From Candidatus Rokuibacteriota bacterium (GTDB lineage Bacteria; Methylomirabilota; Methylomirabilia; Rokubacteriales; CSP1-6): a stretch of 64,000 nt of DNA. The notes under the pieces are model-generated. The model saw only the letters and a list, made by a program, of their open reading frames with translations, did no database searches and was not told the DNA's origin. Below are positions 7,656 to 19,602 of this stretch, piece after piece; position 1 is the first letter of the stretch; each line of letters begins with the position of its first letter. Both the position numbers and the translations under genes were made by a program. Location: NCBI GenBank assembly GCA_030647435.1, contig JAUSJX010000012.1:8063-72062 (forward strand). The letters are read 5' to 3'.

Positions 7656-10109
7656 ATGAGCGACGAGCGGCCGTCTCCTGATTCGAGCGCGCAGGTCCTG
7701 AGGGACTCGTTGGGCGAGGTCCGCCGGAGCCTCGACGCGCTCGCCGATCGCCTCCAGCGACTGGAGGCGGCGCCCGGCGGTTCGCCGCCCACGCCTGGTG
7801 TCACGCCCGCCGACAGGCCCCCCGCCGACAGGCCCCCCGCCGACACTCCCCCCGCCGACACTCCCGATGTCCGCGACGCGCTCTCGGTCGGTCAGGAGAT
7901 CCTCGCCATCCCGTCGTCGGGGCTCGAGCCCGCCCAGGTCTTCTCCCTCGCCATGGATCGGGTCGCGCGGCTGCTGTCCGCCGATCGCGCCATGCTCTTC
8001 CTCTGGGAGCCCGATGGCTCTCGCCTCGTGGCCCGCGCCGGGCGAGGGTTCCGGCGCGACGACCTCGAGACCATCTCCATCAAGGCGGGAGACGGACTCG
8101 TCGGCCAAGCCTTCCAGGACGAGCGGATTCTGCGCTCCTCGAGCGGCGCTGTCAGCGTCGCCGAGGACCCGTTCCTGGCGCTCTTCCCGGTGCGTGACGC
8201 CGTGGCCGTGCCGATCCGCGCGGCCGGGCACGCGGCTGGGGTCCTCTACGCCGGACGCCGCACGCCGCGCCCGGCCTTCTCCGAGCAGGACGTGCTGCTG
8301 CTGCTCGTGATCGCCGACCGCGTCGGCACGGCCCTGGCCCACCGGCAGTTCGTCGAGACCACGGGGGGCCACATCAGCCGGCTCCGTGAGCTCGAGGTCT
8401 TCCTGGGCCACGTGCTCGTGGGCCAGGAGATGGAGGACATGCTCTCGCGGGCTTGTGAGGTTGCCTGCCGGCTCGCGGGCGTGCGCGTCGCCGCGTTGGG
8501 CGTGCCGGCCGGTTCGGGGGGCCTGTCGCTTGCCGCGGCCTCGGGGCTGCCGGCCGGGGTGCTCAGCTCCTGGCGGGCCGACACCGGGTACGGCCTGACC
8601 GGCGAGATGTTCGACACACTTCGCCCCGTGCTGTGCCGCGACATCCAGAGCCGCGATGGGTGTGAGAACGATGTGCTCCGCGAGGCGGGACTGCGCGCCT
8701 GTCTCGTGGTTCCCGTCCGACTGCGGCACCAGACCGTGGGCGCGCTCTACCTCGCGGATCCCGAGGCGCGCGAGTTTACGCCGGACGAGGTAGCCACCGT
8801 CCAGGTGCTGGCCTCACTCCTCGCGCTGGGGATGGAGAACAACCGGCTCTACGGCGAGGTCAGGACCGCCTTCGAGGGGATGGCGTCGGCCCAGGACCAT
8901 CTCGTCCAGACGGAGAAGGCACGCGCCGTCGGCGCCATGGCCGGCGGCATCGCCAACGAGTTCAACAACCTCCTTGCCATCGTGCTGGGGAAGACCCAGC
9001 TCATGCTGACGCGCGCCCCCGAGGGACCCGTGCGCGAGGGGCTCGCCGCGGTTGAGGAAGCGGCGTGGCGAGCCGCCGACATCGTGCGACGGCTCCAGGG
9101 CTTCGCGGCGACGAGCATGGATGAGGGCACGGGTCCGGTGGACCTGGCCGCGGTGGTGCAGGACGCCGTCGCGCTGACGCGCGCGCTCTGGAAGGACGAG
9201 GCCGAAGCCCGCGGGGCGCCGATCGAGATGGTGACCGACCTCGACCGGGTCCCGCCCGTGGAGGGCCAGGCGGCCGCGCTGCGCGAGGCGGTGATGAACC
9301 TGATCCTGAACGCCGTGGACGCCATGCCGCGCGGCGGGCGCATCGGCCTGACCCTCCGGCGGGTCGACGCCGGCGTGGAGATCCACGTGTCGGATGGGGG
9401 CGAGGGAATGCCCGAAGACGTGCGGCGCCGCATCTTCGATCCCTTCTTCACCACGCGCGCCCCGCACCGGACCGGGCTCGGGCTGTCCGTCGTGCACGGG
9501 GTCGTCAACCGGCACCGCGGCAGTGTCCGGGTGAGGAGCGAGCACGGCGGGGGCACCACGGTGACGCTCTGGTTTCCGGCGGCCCCCGATCACGCCGTGG
9601 AGTCGCGCACGCCGGTGATGCCTGAGCTGCCCGAGATGCCTGTGATGCCCGAGACTCCCGAGATATCCGCGATCCCCGAGATGTCCGCGATGCCCGTAAT
9701 GCAGGACCCACCCGAAGACGAGATTCGCGCCGCCGCAACCGTCTCTATCCTCGTGCTCGAAGACGAAGAGCATATCCGTACCATGCTGGTGGAGGCTCTG
9801 TCCGGCGCCGGCTACAGGGTCGAATCGGCGACCGACGGGCTCACGGGCCTGGCGCGCTTCCAGGGCGGGGCCTTCGACGTGGTCCTGACCGATCTCTCGC
9901 TGCCCGAGTGCTCGGGGCTGGATGTCGCGCGCTCGGTCAAGCGCATGCGTCCGGAAACGCCGGTGGTGCTCATCACCGGGTGGGGACACCTCCTCGACCC
10001 CGAGCGCCTGCGCGACAGCGGCGTGGACCTCATGCTGGTCAAGCCGTTCCGCCTCGAGCGCGTCCTGTCCGTGCTCGGCGACGCCCTGCGGCTGCGTCCC
10101 ACCGTCTAG
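7656..10109 (+). CDS. Hybrid sensor histidine kinase with GAF domains, a HisKA-like dimerisation region, an HATPase_c domain and a C-terminal receiver domain. The H-box His is substituted by Asn.
   Basis: GAF-like regions. H-box region GGIANEFNNLLAIVLG. N-box NLILNAVDAM, G1 DGGEGM, G2 GLGLSV. Receiver: LVLEDEE, VVLTDLSLPE, LMLVKPF. Confidence 0.85.
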   Translation: MSDERPSPDSSAQVLRDSLGEVRRSLDALADRLQRLEAAPGGSPPTPGVTPADRPPADRPPADTPPADTPDVRDALSVGQEILAIPSSGLEPAQVFSLAMDRVARLLSADRAMLFLWEPDGSRLVARAGRGFRRDDLETISIKAGDGLVGQAFQDERILRSSSGAVSVAEDPFLALFPVRDAVAVPIRAAGHAAGVLYAGRRTPRPAFSEQDVLLLLVIADRVGTALAHRQFVETTGGHISRLRELEVFLGHVLVGQEMEDMLSRACEVACRLAGVRVAALGVPAGSGGLSLAAASGLPAGVLSSWRADTGYGLTGEMFDTLRPVLCRDIQSRDGCENDVLREAGLRACLVVPVRLRHQTVGALYLADPEAREFTPDEVATVQVLASLLALGMENNRLYGEVRTAFEGMASAQDHLVQTEKARAVGAMAGGIANEFNNLLAIVLGKTQLMLTRAPEGPVREGLAAVEEAAWRAADIVRRLQGFAATSMDEGTGPVDLAAVVQDAVALTRALWKDEAEARGAPIEMVTDLDRVPPVEGQAAALREAVMNLILNAVDAMPRGGRIGLTLRRVDAGVEIHVSDGGEGMPEDVRRRIFDPFFTTRAPHRTGLGLSVVHGVVNRHRGSVRVRSEHGGGTTVTLWFPAAPDHAVESRTPVMPELPEMPVMPETPEISAIPEMSAMPVMQDPPEDEIRAAATVSILVLEDEEHIRTMLVEALSGAGYRVESATDGLTGLARFQGGAFDVVLTDLSLPECSGLDVARSVKRMRPETPVVLITGWGHLLDPERLRDSGVDLMLVKPFRLERVLSVLGDALRLRPTV

Positions 10110-10120
10110 CACGCCGCGAC

Positions 10121-11047
10121 GTGAGGCGGCTGGCTGCCATCGACCTCGGCACCAACACCGTCCGCCTGCTCGTCGTCGAGGCCTCCGGCGCCGAATGGCG
10201 CGGGCTGCACGCGGAGCAGCGCGTGACGCGGCTGGGAGAGGGGCAGGCGGGTACGGGCAGCCTCCAGCCGGCCGCGATGCGGCGGACCGTGGAGGTCGTT
10301 GCCGCCTTCTGCCGCCGGGCGGAAGACCTGGGTGTCCACGATGTGCGCATCGTCGGCACCAGCGCTGTCCGCGAGGCGCAGAACGGCGCCGAGTTTCTTG
10401 CCCAGGTCCGTTCGTCGAGCGGCCGGCAGGTGCGGGTGATCTCGGGCGAGGAAGAAGCGCGGCTGACTCTCCTCGGCGTGACGGAAGGGCTGCCCGACCT
10501 GAGGGGCGATTTCCTCCTCTTCGATATCGGCGGGGGCAGCACCGAGTTCGTGCTTTCGCGCGCAGGGCGCGCATCTCAGGCCGTGAGCGTGATGCTCGGT
10601 GTCGTCGAGCTCGCGGAGCGCTTCATGGACCAGGGCCCCGTCGATCACACGCGGTACGACGCGATGGCCGCCGAGATCGGGGCGCGGCTCACCGCCGGCC
10701 TCACGGAGCCGATCCTCCGCCACGGCGCGCCGGCGCTCGTGGGCAGCGCGGGGACAGTGACGACGCTGGCGGCCCTCGATCTCGGCCTCGAATCCTACGA
10801 CCCGGCGCGAGTGCACGGTCACCGCCTCACGCGCGTGGTGGTGGCGGGGCTCGTCGCGCGCCTCGCGGCCCAGAGCCTGGCCGAGCGCGCCGCCCTGCCG
10901 TGCCTTGAGCCGGGCCGGGCCGACCTGATCGTCCCGGGCGCGGCGATCTTCCTCGCGGCCCTCGACAGGCTCGGCTTCGATGCCCTCGTGGTCAGCGACC
11001 GGGGTCTCCGGGAGGGCATCCTGTATGAGATACTGGCTGAGCACTGA
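10121..11047 (+). CDS. ppx: Ppx/GppA-family phosphatase (exopolyphosphatase / guanosine pentaphosphate phosphohydrolase), short form without an HD domain
   Basis: N-terminal AAIDLGTNTVRLLV; FLLFDIGGGSTEF; about 309 aa; GTG start 12 nt after the kinase stop. Confidence 0.8.
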   Translation: MRRLAAIDLGTNTVRLLVVEASGAEWRGLHAEQRVTRLGEGQAGTGSLQPAAMRRTVEVVAAFCRRAEDLGVHDVRIVGTSAVREAQNGAEFLAQVRSSSGRQVRVISGEEEARLTLLGVTEGLPDLRGDFLLFDIGGGSTEFVLSRAGRASQAVSVMLGVVELAERFMDQGPVDHTRYDAMAAEIGARLTAGLTEPILRHGAPALVGSAGTVTTLAALDLGLESYDPARVHGHRLTRVVVAGLVARLAAQSLAERAALPCLEPGRADLIVPGAAIFLAALDRLGFDALVVSDRGLREGILYEILAEH

Positions 11048-11055
11048 GAGGGGAC

Positions 11056-11532
11056 ATGGCGAACCGATCGGGGCAGTGGAGGGTCACGGATCCGGCAAAC
11101 GCGCCGGCAAACTGGGGCCCTCGCTCCGCCCGGTGGGCGTGGCTCGAGCTGGTGCTGCCGCTCTTCGCCACGGCGGCGCTCGTGGTGTTCCACAAGCCCC
11201 AGTACATGCCGAGCATCTTCGTCGAGAGCGCGACGACGCCGGTGGCCTGGGTAGCGTGGGCGGTCCTCGGTGCCATGGGCGGGGTGATGGTCTTCTCCGG
11301 TCTGCTCGTGGCCTTCTTCCTCGTCTACTCGCCCGTCTACCTGGCCGGCAAGGCGCCCATGCTGGTGGGCAAGGGCGCCTGGACCGACCGCCGAGAGGTC
11401 CGCTTCTACGGGCTCTGCTTCGTCATCCTCTGCGTGCTCCTGGCGCTGCTCCTGTGGGACTGGCGCTGGTTCGTGTCCGCCTTCCTGCTGCTGGCGGGCT
11501 TCGCGCCCTCGCTCTGGCGTGCGCTGGTCTGA
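11056..11532 (+). CDS. Hypothetical integral membrane protein (158 aa, about 4 TM segments)
   Basis: ATG start; hydrophobic segments; GC3-rich. Confidence 0.5.
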   Translation: MANRSGQWRVTDPANAPANWGPRSARWAWLELVLPLFATAALVVFHKPQYMPSIFVESATTPVAWVAWAVLGAMGGVMVFSGLLVAFFLVYSPVYLAGKAPMLVGKGAWTDRREVRFYGLCFVILCVLLALLLWDWRWFVSAFLLLAGFAPSLWRALV

Positions 11533-11583
11533 GCGCCCGGAGTTGACAGGCCGCGGCGCGCTGACTATCCTTGACGAACGGAC

Positions 11584-12114
11584 ATGGATGACATAGCGGT
11601 CCTGGTACTCAACTTTACGTACGAGCCGCTGCATTTCACCAACGCCAGGCGTGCGGTGACGCTCCTGCTCGCCGGCAAGGCCGAGAGCGTCGAGTCGTCG
11701 CCGCGCGTGATCCGCTCGCCCTCGCGCGCCTTTCCGCTGCCCGCGGTGATCCGACTTGCCGTCTACATCCGCAAGCCGTTCCTCGAGCGGGTCGCGTTCA
11801 ACAAAAAGAACATCCTCCGCCGCGACGGGTACACCTGCCAGTACTGCAGCCGGCGCGGTGAGAAGCTGACCGTGGACCACGTCAAGCCGCGCTCGCGGGG
11901 CGGGCAGACCACGTGGACCAACGTCGTCGCGGCCTGCCTTCGGTGCAATCTCTTCAAGGGAAACCGGACGGTGGAGGAGGCCCGCCTGCGGCTCATCCGC
12001 GAGCCGGTGCACCCGCAGTTCCTGTTCTCGGTGCACCTCATGCGGCACCCCCACGCCACGAGCTTCCTCGACTCGTGGCGGAAGTACCTCGTCGCGGTTC
12101 CGTCCTCCCCCTGA
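11584..12114 (+). CDS. HNH endonuclease family protein (McrA-like, COG1403)
   Basis: [44 protein letters not shown] = HNH motif with Cys4 zinc ligands. Confidence 0.85.
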   Translation: MDDIAVLVLNFTYEPLHFTNARRAVTLLLAGKAESVESSPRVIRSPSRAFPLPAVIRLAVYIRKPFLERVAFNKKNILRRDGYTCQYCSRRGEKLTVDHVKPRSRGGQTTWTNVVAACLRCNLFKGNRTVEEARLRLIREPVHPQFLFSVHLMRHPHATSFLDSWRKYLVAVPSSP

Positions 12115-12119
12115 GCACG

Positions 12120-14144
12120 TTGTTCCGGCTGTCCTCGGAGTTCTCGCCCGCGGGGGACCAGCCGCGCGCGATCGAGCGCCTGAGCGAGCTGCTCGCCGAG
12201 GGACGCCGGCACAGCGTCCTCCTCGGCATCACGGGCAGCGGCAAGACTTTCACGCTCGCCAACGTCATCGCGGGGCTGGGCCGGCCGGCGCTGGTCATCT
12301 CTCCGAACAAGACGCTGGCGGCGCAGCTGTACGGCGAGTTCAAGTCGTTTTTTCCCACCGGCGCCGTCGAGTTCTTCGTCTCCTACTACGACTACTACCA
12401 GCCGGAAGCCTACATCCCGCAGTCGGACACCTACATCGAGAAGGACGCGCTGGTGAACGACGACATCGACCGCATGCGCCACTCGGCGACGACGTCGCTC
12501 TTCGAGCGGCGGGACGTCGTGGTGGTCGCCTCGGTCTCGTGCATCTACGGCATCGGCGCCCCGGAGACCTACCAGGGCATGAATGTTGGACTGGAGGTCG
12601 GGCAGGTGATCGAGCGCGACGCGCTCATCCGGGGCCTGGTCGCCATCCAGTACGAGCGCAACGACGTCGACTTCCGCAGGGGGACGTTCCGGGTCCGCGG
12701 CGACGTCGTGGAGATCTTCCCGGCGGCCGCGGAGTCGGAGGCCCTCCGTGTCGAGCTGTGGGGAGACACGGTCGAAAAGTTGTCGACCCTGGATCCGCTG
12801 CGGGGGGTGACGACGGGTTCTGCGCCGGCCGCGAGGATCTACCCCGCGAGCCACTACGTCACGCCGGCCGACCAGCTCGAGCGCGCGGTCGCGGGCATCA
12901 TGGAGGAGCTGGGCGAGCGGCTGCGGTTCCTCAAGGGGCGCAACCGGCTGCTGGAGGCCCAGCGGCTCGAGCAGCGGACGCTCTTCGACATGGAGATGCT
13001 GAGGGAGATCGGCTACTGTCACGGCATCGAGAACTACTCGCGGCACCTCTCCGGGCGCAAGCCGGGGCAGAACCCGCCGACCCTGATGGATTACCTTCCC
13101 AAGGACGCCCTCGTCATCATCGACGAATCCCATGTGACGGTGCCGCAGATTCGCGGCATGTACCCGGGGGACCGCTCGCGCAAGGAGGCTCTCGTCGAGT
13201 ACGGCTTCCGGCTCCCGTCGGCTTTCGACAACCGGCCGCTCAATTTCGACGAGTTCACGGCCATGGTGCCGCAGACGCTCTACGTGTCGGCGACACCGGG
13301 GCCGTACGAGCTCGGGCGGGCGGGCGGGCACCGGGCTGGGCCGGGCACGCCGTGGGAGGGCGGGGCGGTGGCCGAGCAGATCATCCGGCCGACCGGGCTC
13401 ATGGATCCCAAGATCACGGTGCGCCCGGCGGGCGTCCAGGTCGACGACCTCATGGCGGAGGTGCGCGCCCACGCGGAGGGCGGCGAGCGGGTGCTCATCA
13501 CGACGCTGACGAAGCGCATGGCCGAGGACCTATGCGAGTACTACCAGCAGAACGGGCTCAGGGTGCGGTACCTGCACTCGGACATCGACACGCTGGACCG
13601 CGTGGCGGTGATCCGCGAGCTGCGAATGGGCAAGTACGACGCCCTGATCGGCATCAACCTCCTTCGGGAGGGGCTCGATCTGCCCGAGGTCTCGCTCGTG
13701 GCGATCCTCGACGCCGACAAGGAGGGCTTCCTGCGCTCGGCGACGTCGCTCATCCAGACTGCCGGCAGGGCGGCCCGCCACGTCAACGGCGAGGTGATCA
13801 TGTACGCGGACACGGTGACGGGCTCGATGCGGGAGGCGATCGCCGAGACCGAGAGGCGCAGGGTAGTCCAGGGGGCGTACAACCGGGAGCACGGCATCAC
13901 GCCTGAGTCCGTCAAGCGCGGGATGAAGGATCTCCTCGACAGCGTGCCGGAGCGCGACTACTACACGGTCGAGGTGCCCAAGGAGGCCCTACCCGTGTGG
14001 GAGAGCCCGGCGGCGCTCCGGGCGCACGTGGCCGAGCTCGAAGGGGCCATGAAGGAGGCCGCCCGGCGCCTCGACTTCGAGCGCGCCGCGGAGCTGCGCG
14101 ACCGGATCATGGCGCTCCGGAAGGCCGAGCTGGGCGTGCGCTGA
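12120..14144 (+). CDS. uvrB: Excinuclease ABC subunit B
   Basis: TTG start giving [15 protein letters not shown]. Walker [10 protein letters not shown]; helicase motifs; C-terminal UVR domain [10 protein letters not shown]. The six-frame ORF extends upstream spuriously. Confidence 0.9.
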   Translation: MFRLSSEFSPAGDQPRAIERLSELLAEGRRHSVLLGITGSGKTFTLANVIAGLGRPALVISPNKTLAAQLYGEFKSFFPTGAVEFFVSYYDYYQPEAYIPQSDTYIEKDALVNDDIDRMRHSATTSLFERRDVVVVASVSCIYGIGAPETYQGMNVGLEVGQVIERDALIRGLVAIQYERNDVDFRRGTFRVRGDVVEIFPAAAESEALRVELWGDTVEKLSTLDPLRGVTTGSAPAARIYPASHYVTPADQLERAVAGIMEELGERLRFLKGRNRLLEAQRLEQRTLFDMEMLREIGYCHGIENYSRHLSGRKPGQNPPTLMDYLPKDALVIIDESHVTVPQIRGMYPGDRSRKEALVEYGFRLPSAFDNRPLNFDEFTAMVPQTLYVSATPGPYELGRAGGHRAGPGTPWEGGAVAEQIIRPTGLMDPKITVRPAGVQVDDLMAEVRAHAEGGERVLITTLTKRMAEDLCEYYQQNGLRVRYLHSDIDTLDRVAVIRELRMGKYDALIGINLLREGLDLPEVSLVAILDADKEGFLRSATSLIQTAGRAARHVNGEVIMYADTVTGSMREAIAETERRRVVQGAYNREHGITPESVKRGMKDLLDSVPERDYYTVEVPKEALPVWESPAALRAHVAELEGAMKEAARRLDFERAAELRDRIMALRKAELGVR

Positions 14145-14160
14145 GGGGCGCCCAACCCGC

Positions 14161-14374
14161 CATGCTCGTCAAGTGGACCCTGGTGTTCTTCGTGGCCCTC
14201 TCACTGGGCCTCGTTGTGCTGTCGAAAATCATTGCGTTCGTCAACCCGCCGCGCCCGGGACGCCCGCGCGCGCCCGTGCTGCGCCGGATCGATCGTATGC
14301 TGCGGTGGACCGTCCTCATCCCCGCGGTTCTCGGGCTCGTCGTCCTCGCGGTGACGCTGTGGCTGGCCGCGTAG
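14161..14374 (+). CDS. Small hypothetical membrane protein (70 aa, two TM helices) between uvrB and uvrC
   Basis: ATG start 17 nt after the uvrB stop; two strongly hydrophobic stretches; GC3-rich; overlaps the proposed uvrC start by about 16 nt. Confidence 0.35.
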
Positions 14375-16215
14375 CGGCGGTCGACCTCGCGGCCAAGCTC
14401 GGCCAGCTGCCCGACCGGCCGGGCGTCTACCTCTACAAGGACGGCAAAGGGCAGATCGTCTACGTCGGCAAGGCCGCCTCGCTCCGAAGCCGCGTACGCT
14501 CCTACTTCCAGGAGTCGCGGGCGCGCGATGCGAAGACGGACGCGCTCGTCGGGCAGATCCGCGATCTCGAGTGCATCGTCACCGGCAACGAGCTCGAGGC
14601 GCTCATCCTGGAGTCCAATCTCGTCAAGAGGCACCGGCCGCGCTACAACATCATCCTCCGTGACGACAAGCACTACCCCTTCCTCAAGCTGACCACCTAC
14701 GAAGAGTACCCGCGCCTCGTCGTCGCGCGGCGGGTGCAGCGGGACGGAGCGGCCTACTTCGGGCCCTTCTACCCGGCGACCGCGATGCGGGAGACGCTGA
14801 GGCTCGTGCGCCAGCTCTTCCCGCTCCGGACCTGCAGGATCAAGATAGACGGCAAGAAGTCGCGCCCGTGTCTGCAGTACTACATCCACCGCTGCAACGC
14901 GCCGTGCACCAGCCTGGAGACGAAGGACGGCTACGACCAAACCGTGCGCGAGGTCGAGCGCTTCCTGGAGGGGAAGAACGACGGCCTGGCGCAGGAGCTG
15001 ACGGTGCAGATGGAGGCGGCGGCGGCGGAGGAAAAGTTCGAGCAGGCGGCGCGGCTGCGCGACCGTGTCCAGGCGCTCAACACGGTTCGCGAGCGGCAGA
15101 AGATCATCTCGACCGAGGACAGCGACCAGGACATCGTGGGCGTCGTCCGCCAGGGGCAGGACGCCTGCGTCCAGCTCTTCTTCGTGCGGCGCGGCAGGCT
15201 GCTCGGGCGCGAGTCCTTCTTCTTCGACCGGCTGTCGGGGTCGAGCGAGGGAGAGGTCCTCTCGGCCTTCCTGCGCCAGTTCTACGCGCGCGAGGTCGTG
15301 CCGCCGCCGGAGATCCTCCTCTCGGTGGACGTGCCCGAGGCCGAGCTGACCGGCGAGTGGCTGGCCGGGCGCCGCGGCGGCCGCGTGGAGCTCCTGGCGC
15401 CCCAGCGCGGGAGGAAGCGCGAGCTCGTGGCGATGGCGGAGGAGAACGCCGCGCTGGCGCTAGAGAGCCATCTCCTCTCGCGGGGCAACCGGACGCAGGC
15501 GGTGCTGGACGAGCTCCAGCGCGCGCTCGGCCTGCCGGAGCCGCCGCATCGCATCGAGGCCTTCGACGTCTCGACCTTCCAGGGCGGGGAGACGGTCGCC
15601 TCCATGGTCGTGTGGAAGGACGGGGAGATGGCGAAGGACGACTACAAGCGCTACCGGATCCGGACGGTCACGGGAACGGACGATTTCGCGGCCATGCACG
15701 AGGCCGTGAGCCGGCGCTACGGGCGAGTCCTCGAGACTGATGGCGTCCTCCCCGACCTGATCCTGCTGGATGGCGGGCGGGGCCAGCTGGCGGCGGGGTT
15801 GAAGGCGCTGGAGGCCATCGGTCTCGACTACGTGCCCATGGTGTCGCTGGCCAAGCGGGCGGAGGAGGTCTACACGCCGGACCGGCTCGAGCCGCTCGTG
15901 CTGGACCTGACATCCCCCGCGCTCCACGCGCTCCAGAAGGTGCGCGACGAGGCCCACCGGTTCGCCGTGACCTACCACAAGAAGCTCCGCACCCGCCGAA
16001 CCATCAGCTCGGTGCTGGACCAGATTCCCGGCGTGGGACCCGCGCTCAGAACGAGCCTGCTCAAAACGCTCGGCTCCGCCCGGGCGGTCCGCGAGGCCTC
16101 GGTCGCCCAGCTGGCCGCGGTGCCCAAGGTACGGCCGAAGCTCGCCCAGCGCATCCACGACTTCTTCCACCCCGCGCCTTCAGGGGAGGAACCATCCGTG
16201 GCCGAACCGGGTTAG
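14359..16215 (+). CDS. uvrC: Excinuclease ABC subunit C
   Basis: GIY-YIG motif GVYLYKDGKGQIVYVGKAASLRSRVRSYF; UVR domain; C-terminal RNase H-like and HhH regions. A GTG start at 14359 gives about 20 aa before PGVY. The six-frame ORF starts further upstream at 14173. Confidence 0.88.
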   Translation: MAGRVAAVDLAAKLGQLPDRPGVYLYKDGKGQIVYVGKAASLRSRVRSYFQESRARDAKTDALVGQIRDLECIVTGNELEALILESNLVKRHRPRYNIILRDDKHYPFLKLTTYEEYPRLVVARRVQRDGAAYFGPFYPATAMRETLRLVRQLFPLRTCRIKIDGKKSRPCLQYYIHRCNAPCTSLETKDGYDQTVREVERFLEGKNDGLAQELTVQMEAAAAEEKFEQAARLRDRVQALNTVRERQKIISTEDSDQDIVGVVRQGQDACVQLFFVRRGRLLGRESFFFDRLSGSSEGEVLSAFLRQFYAREVVPPPEILLSVDVPEAELTGEWLAGRRGGRVELLAPQRGRKRELVAMAEENAALALESHLLSRGNRTQAVLDELQRALGLPEPPHRIEAFDVSTFQGGETVASMVVWKDGEMAKDDYKRYRIRTVTGTDDFAAMHEAVSRRYGRVLETDGVLPDLILLDGGRGQLAAGLKALEAIGLDYVPMVSLAKRAEEVYTPDRLEPLVLDLTSPALHALQKVRDEAHRFAVTYHKKLRTRRTISSVLDQIPGVGPALRTSLLKTLGSARAVREASVAQLAAVPKVRPKLAQRIHDFFHPAPSGEEPSVAEPG

Positions 16216-16248
16216 AATATGCGACATCTCACGAAAGGGGGTGAACAC

Positions 16249-16497
16249 ATGAAGAAGATTCTGATAGCTCTGGCCCTGGTACTAACGACCGCCGGCGCGG
16301 CGTTCGCGAACCAGTGCCCCCTGCTGGCCAAGCAGATCGAGGACGCGACCGCCGGAAAGACCGACGACGCGTCCAAGAAGGCGGCGGCCATGGTCGCCGA
16401 GGTCAAGGCGCTGCACGCCGCCGGCAAGCACGCCGAGTCTGTGCAGAAGGCCAAGGATGCCGCTGCGGGAATCAAGCTGGAGCTGAAAATGAAGTAG
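16249..16497 (+). CDS. Small secreted Ala/Lys-rich protein (82 aa) with a signal peptide
   Basis: Strong RBS aagggggtg; MKKILIALALVLTTAGAAFA signal peptide; visibly lower GC than its neighbours. Confidence 0.6.
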   Translation: MKKILIALALVLTTAGAAFANQCPLLAKQIEDATAGKTDDASKKAAAMVAEVKALHAAGKHAESVQKAKDAAAGIKLELKMK

Positions 16498-16509
16498 TTG
16501 GGTCTCGTT

Positions 16510-16548
16510 CCCCGGGGGTTGAGGCCCCGCCCCCGGGGACCTTTCTTG
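16510..16548 (+). terminator. Hairpin terminator candidate (ccccggggg ... cccccgggg) followed by a short T-rich tract
   Basis: 9-bp GC stem, 11-nt loop, then acctttcttg. Confidence 0.45.
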
Positions 16549-16585
16549 CGTCCCGCCTGCTAAGTGTGGGAAAATCAGCACGAAT

Positions 16586-19080
<2,495 letters not shown>

Positions 19081-19084
<4 letters not shown>

Positions 19085-19602
19085 GCCGACTCCGCGCGAT
19101 TCGCGCTCTGCTGTCTGCCGCGCTCCTGCTCGCCGCGGCCGCGGGGGGCTGTGGCTACTCGCTCAGGGGCAACCTGCCCGATCATCTCAAGACGGTGTCG
19201 GTGCCGGTGTTCAGGAACCGGACCACCGAGGCTGGGGCGGAGAGCACGATCACTTCGGCCGTGGTCAACGCGTTCACGAGCAGCGGCAGACTCAAGGTGG
19301 TTTCGCTCGACGACGCGGACTCGGTCCTCGACGGGGAGATTACGGGCTACCAGGTCCAGTCGCTCACGTATGACAGCAAGCTCAACCTCCGGTCCTACCG
19401 CCTGACGGTGACGATGAACGTCCGCTTCCGCGACCTTCGCCGCACCGAGATGCTCTGGCAGCAGAACGGCCTCGTCGAGGAGGTCTCCTTCGACGTGGCC
19501 GGCCAAGTCTCGGACACGATCAGCCGCGAAGAGGGAGCCGTGAAACAGGCGGCTCTCGAGATCGGTCGGAAGATCGTCGGTCACGCGGTCGACCGTTTCT
19601 AG
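19081..19602 (+). CDS. lptE: LPS-assembly lipoprotein LptE (RlpB)
   Basis: Lipobox AAAGGCGYS. LptE-like core VPVFRNRT...GEITGY...RLTVTMNVRF. Position between leuS and holA is conserved. Confidence 0.75.

Noticed and set aside
7071-10574. Minus-strand ORFs of 552 aa (7071..8729) and 586 aa (8814..10574) overlapping the hybrid kinase and ppx
   Set aside because: They are antisense to well-supported genes. Their translations are Arg/Pro/Gly-rich low-complexity sequence, typical of high-GC spurious frames.
13270-13330. Small Gly/Pro-rich insertion in UvrB ([18 protein letters not shown]) as a possible mini-intein or frameshift
   Set aside because: It is only about 18 aa, has no intein blocks, the flanking conserved UvrB motifs are in frame and intact, so it is treated as a lineage-specific loop insertion.
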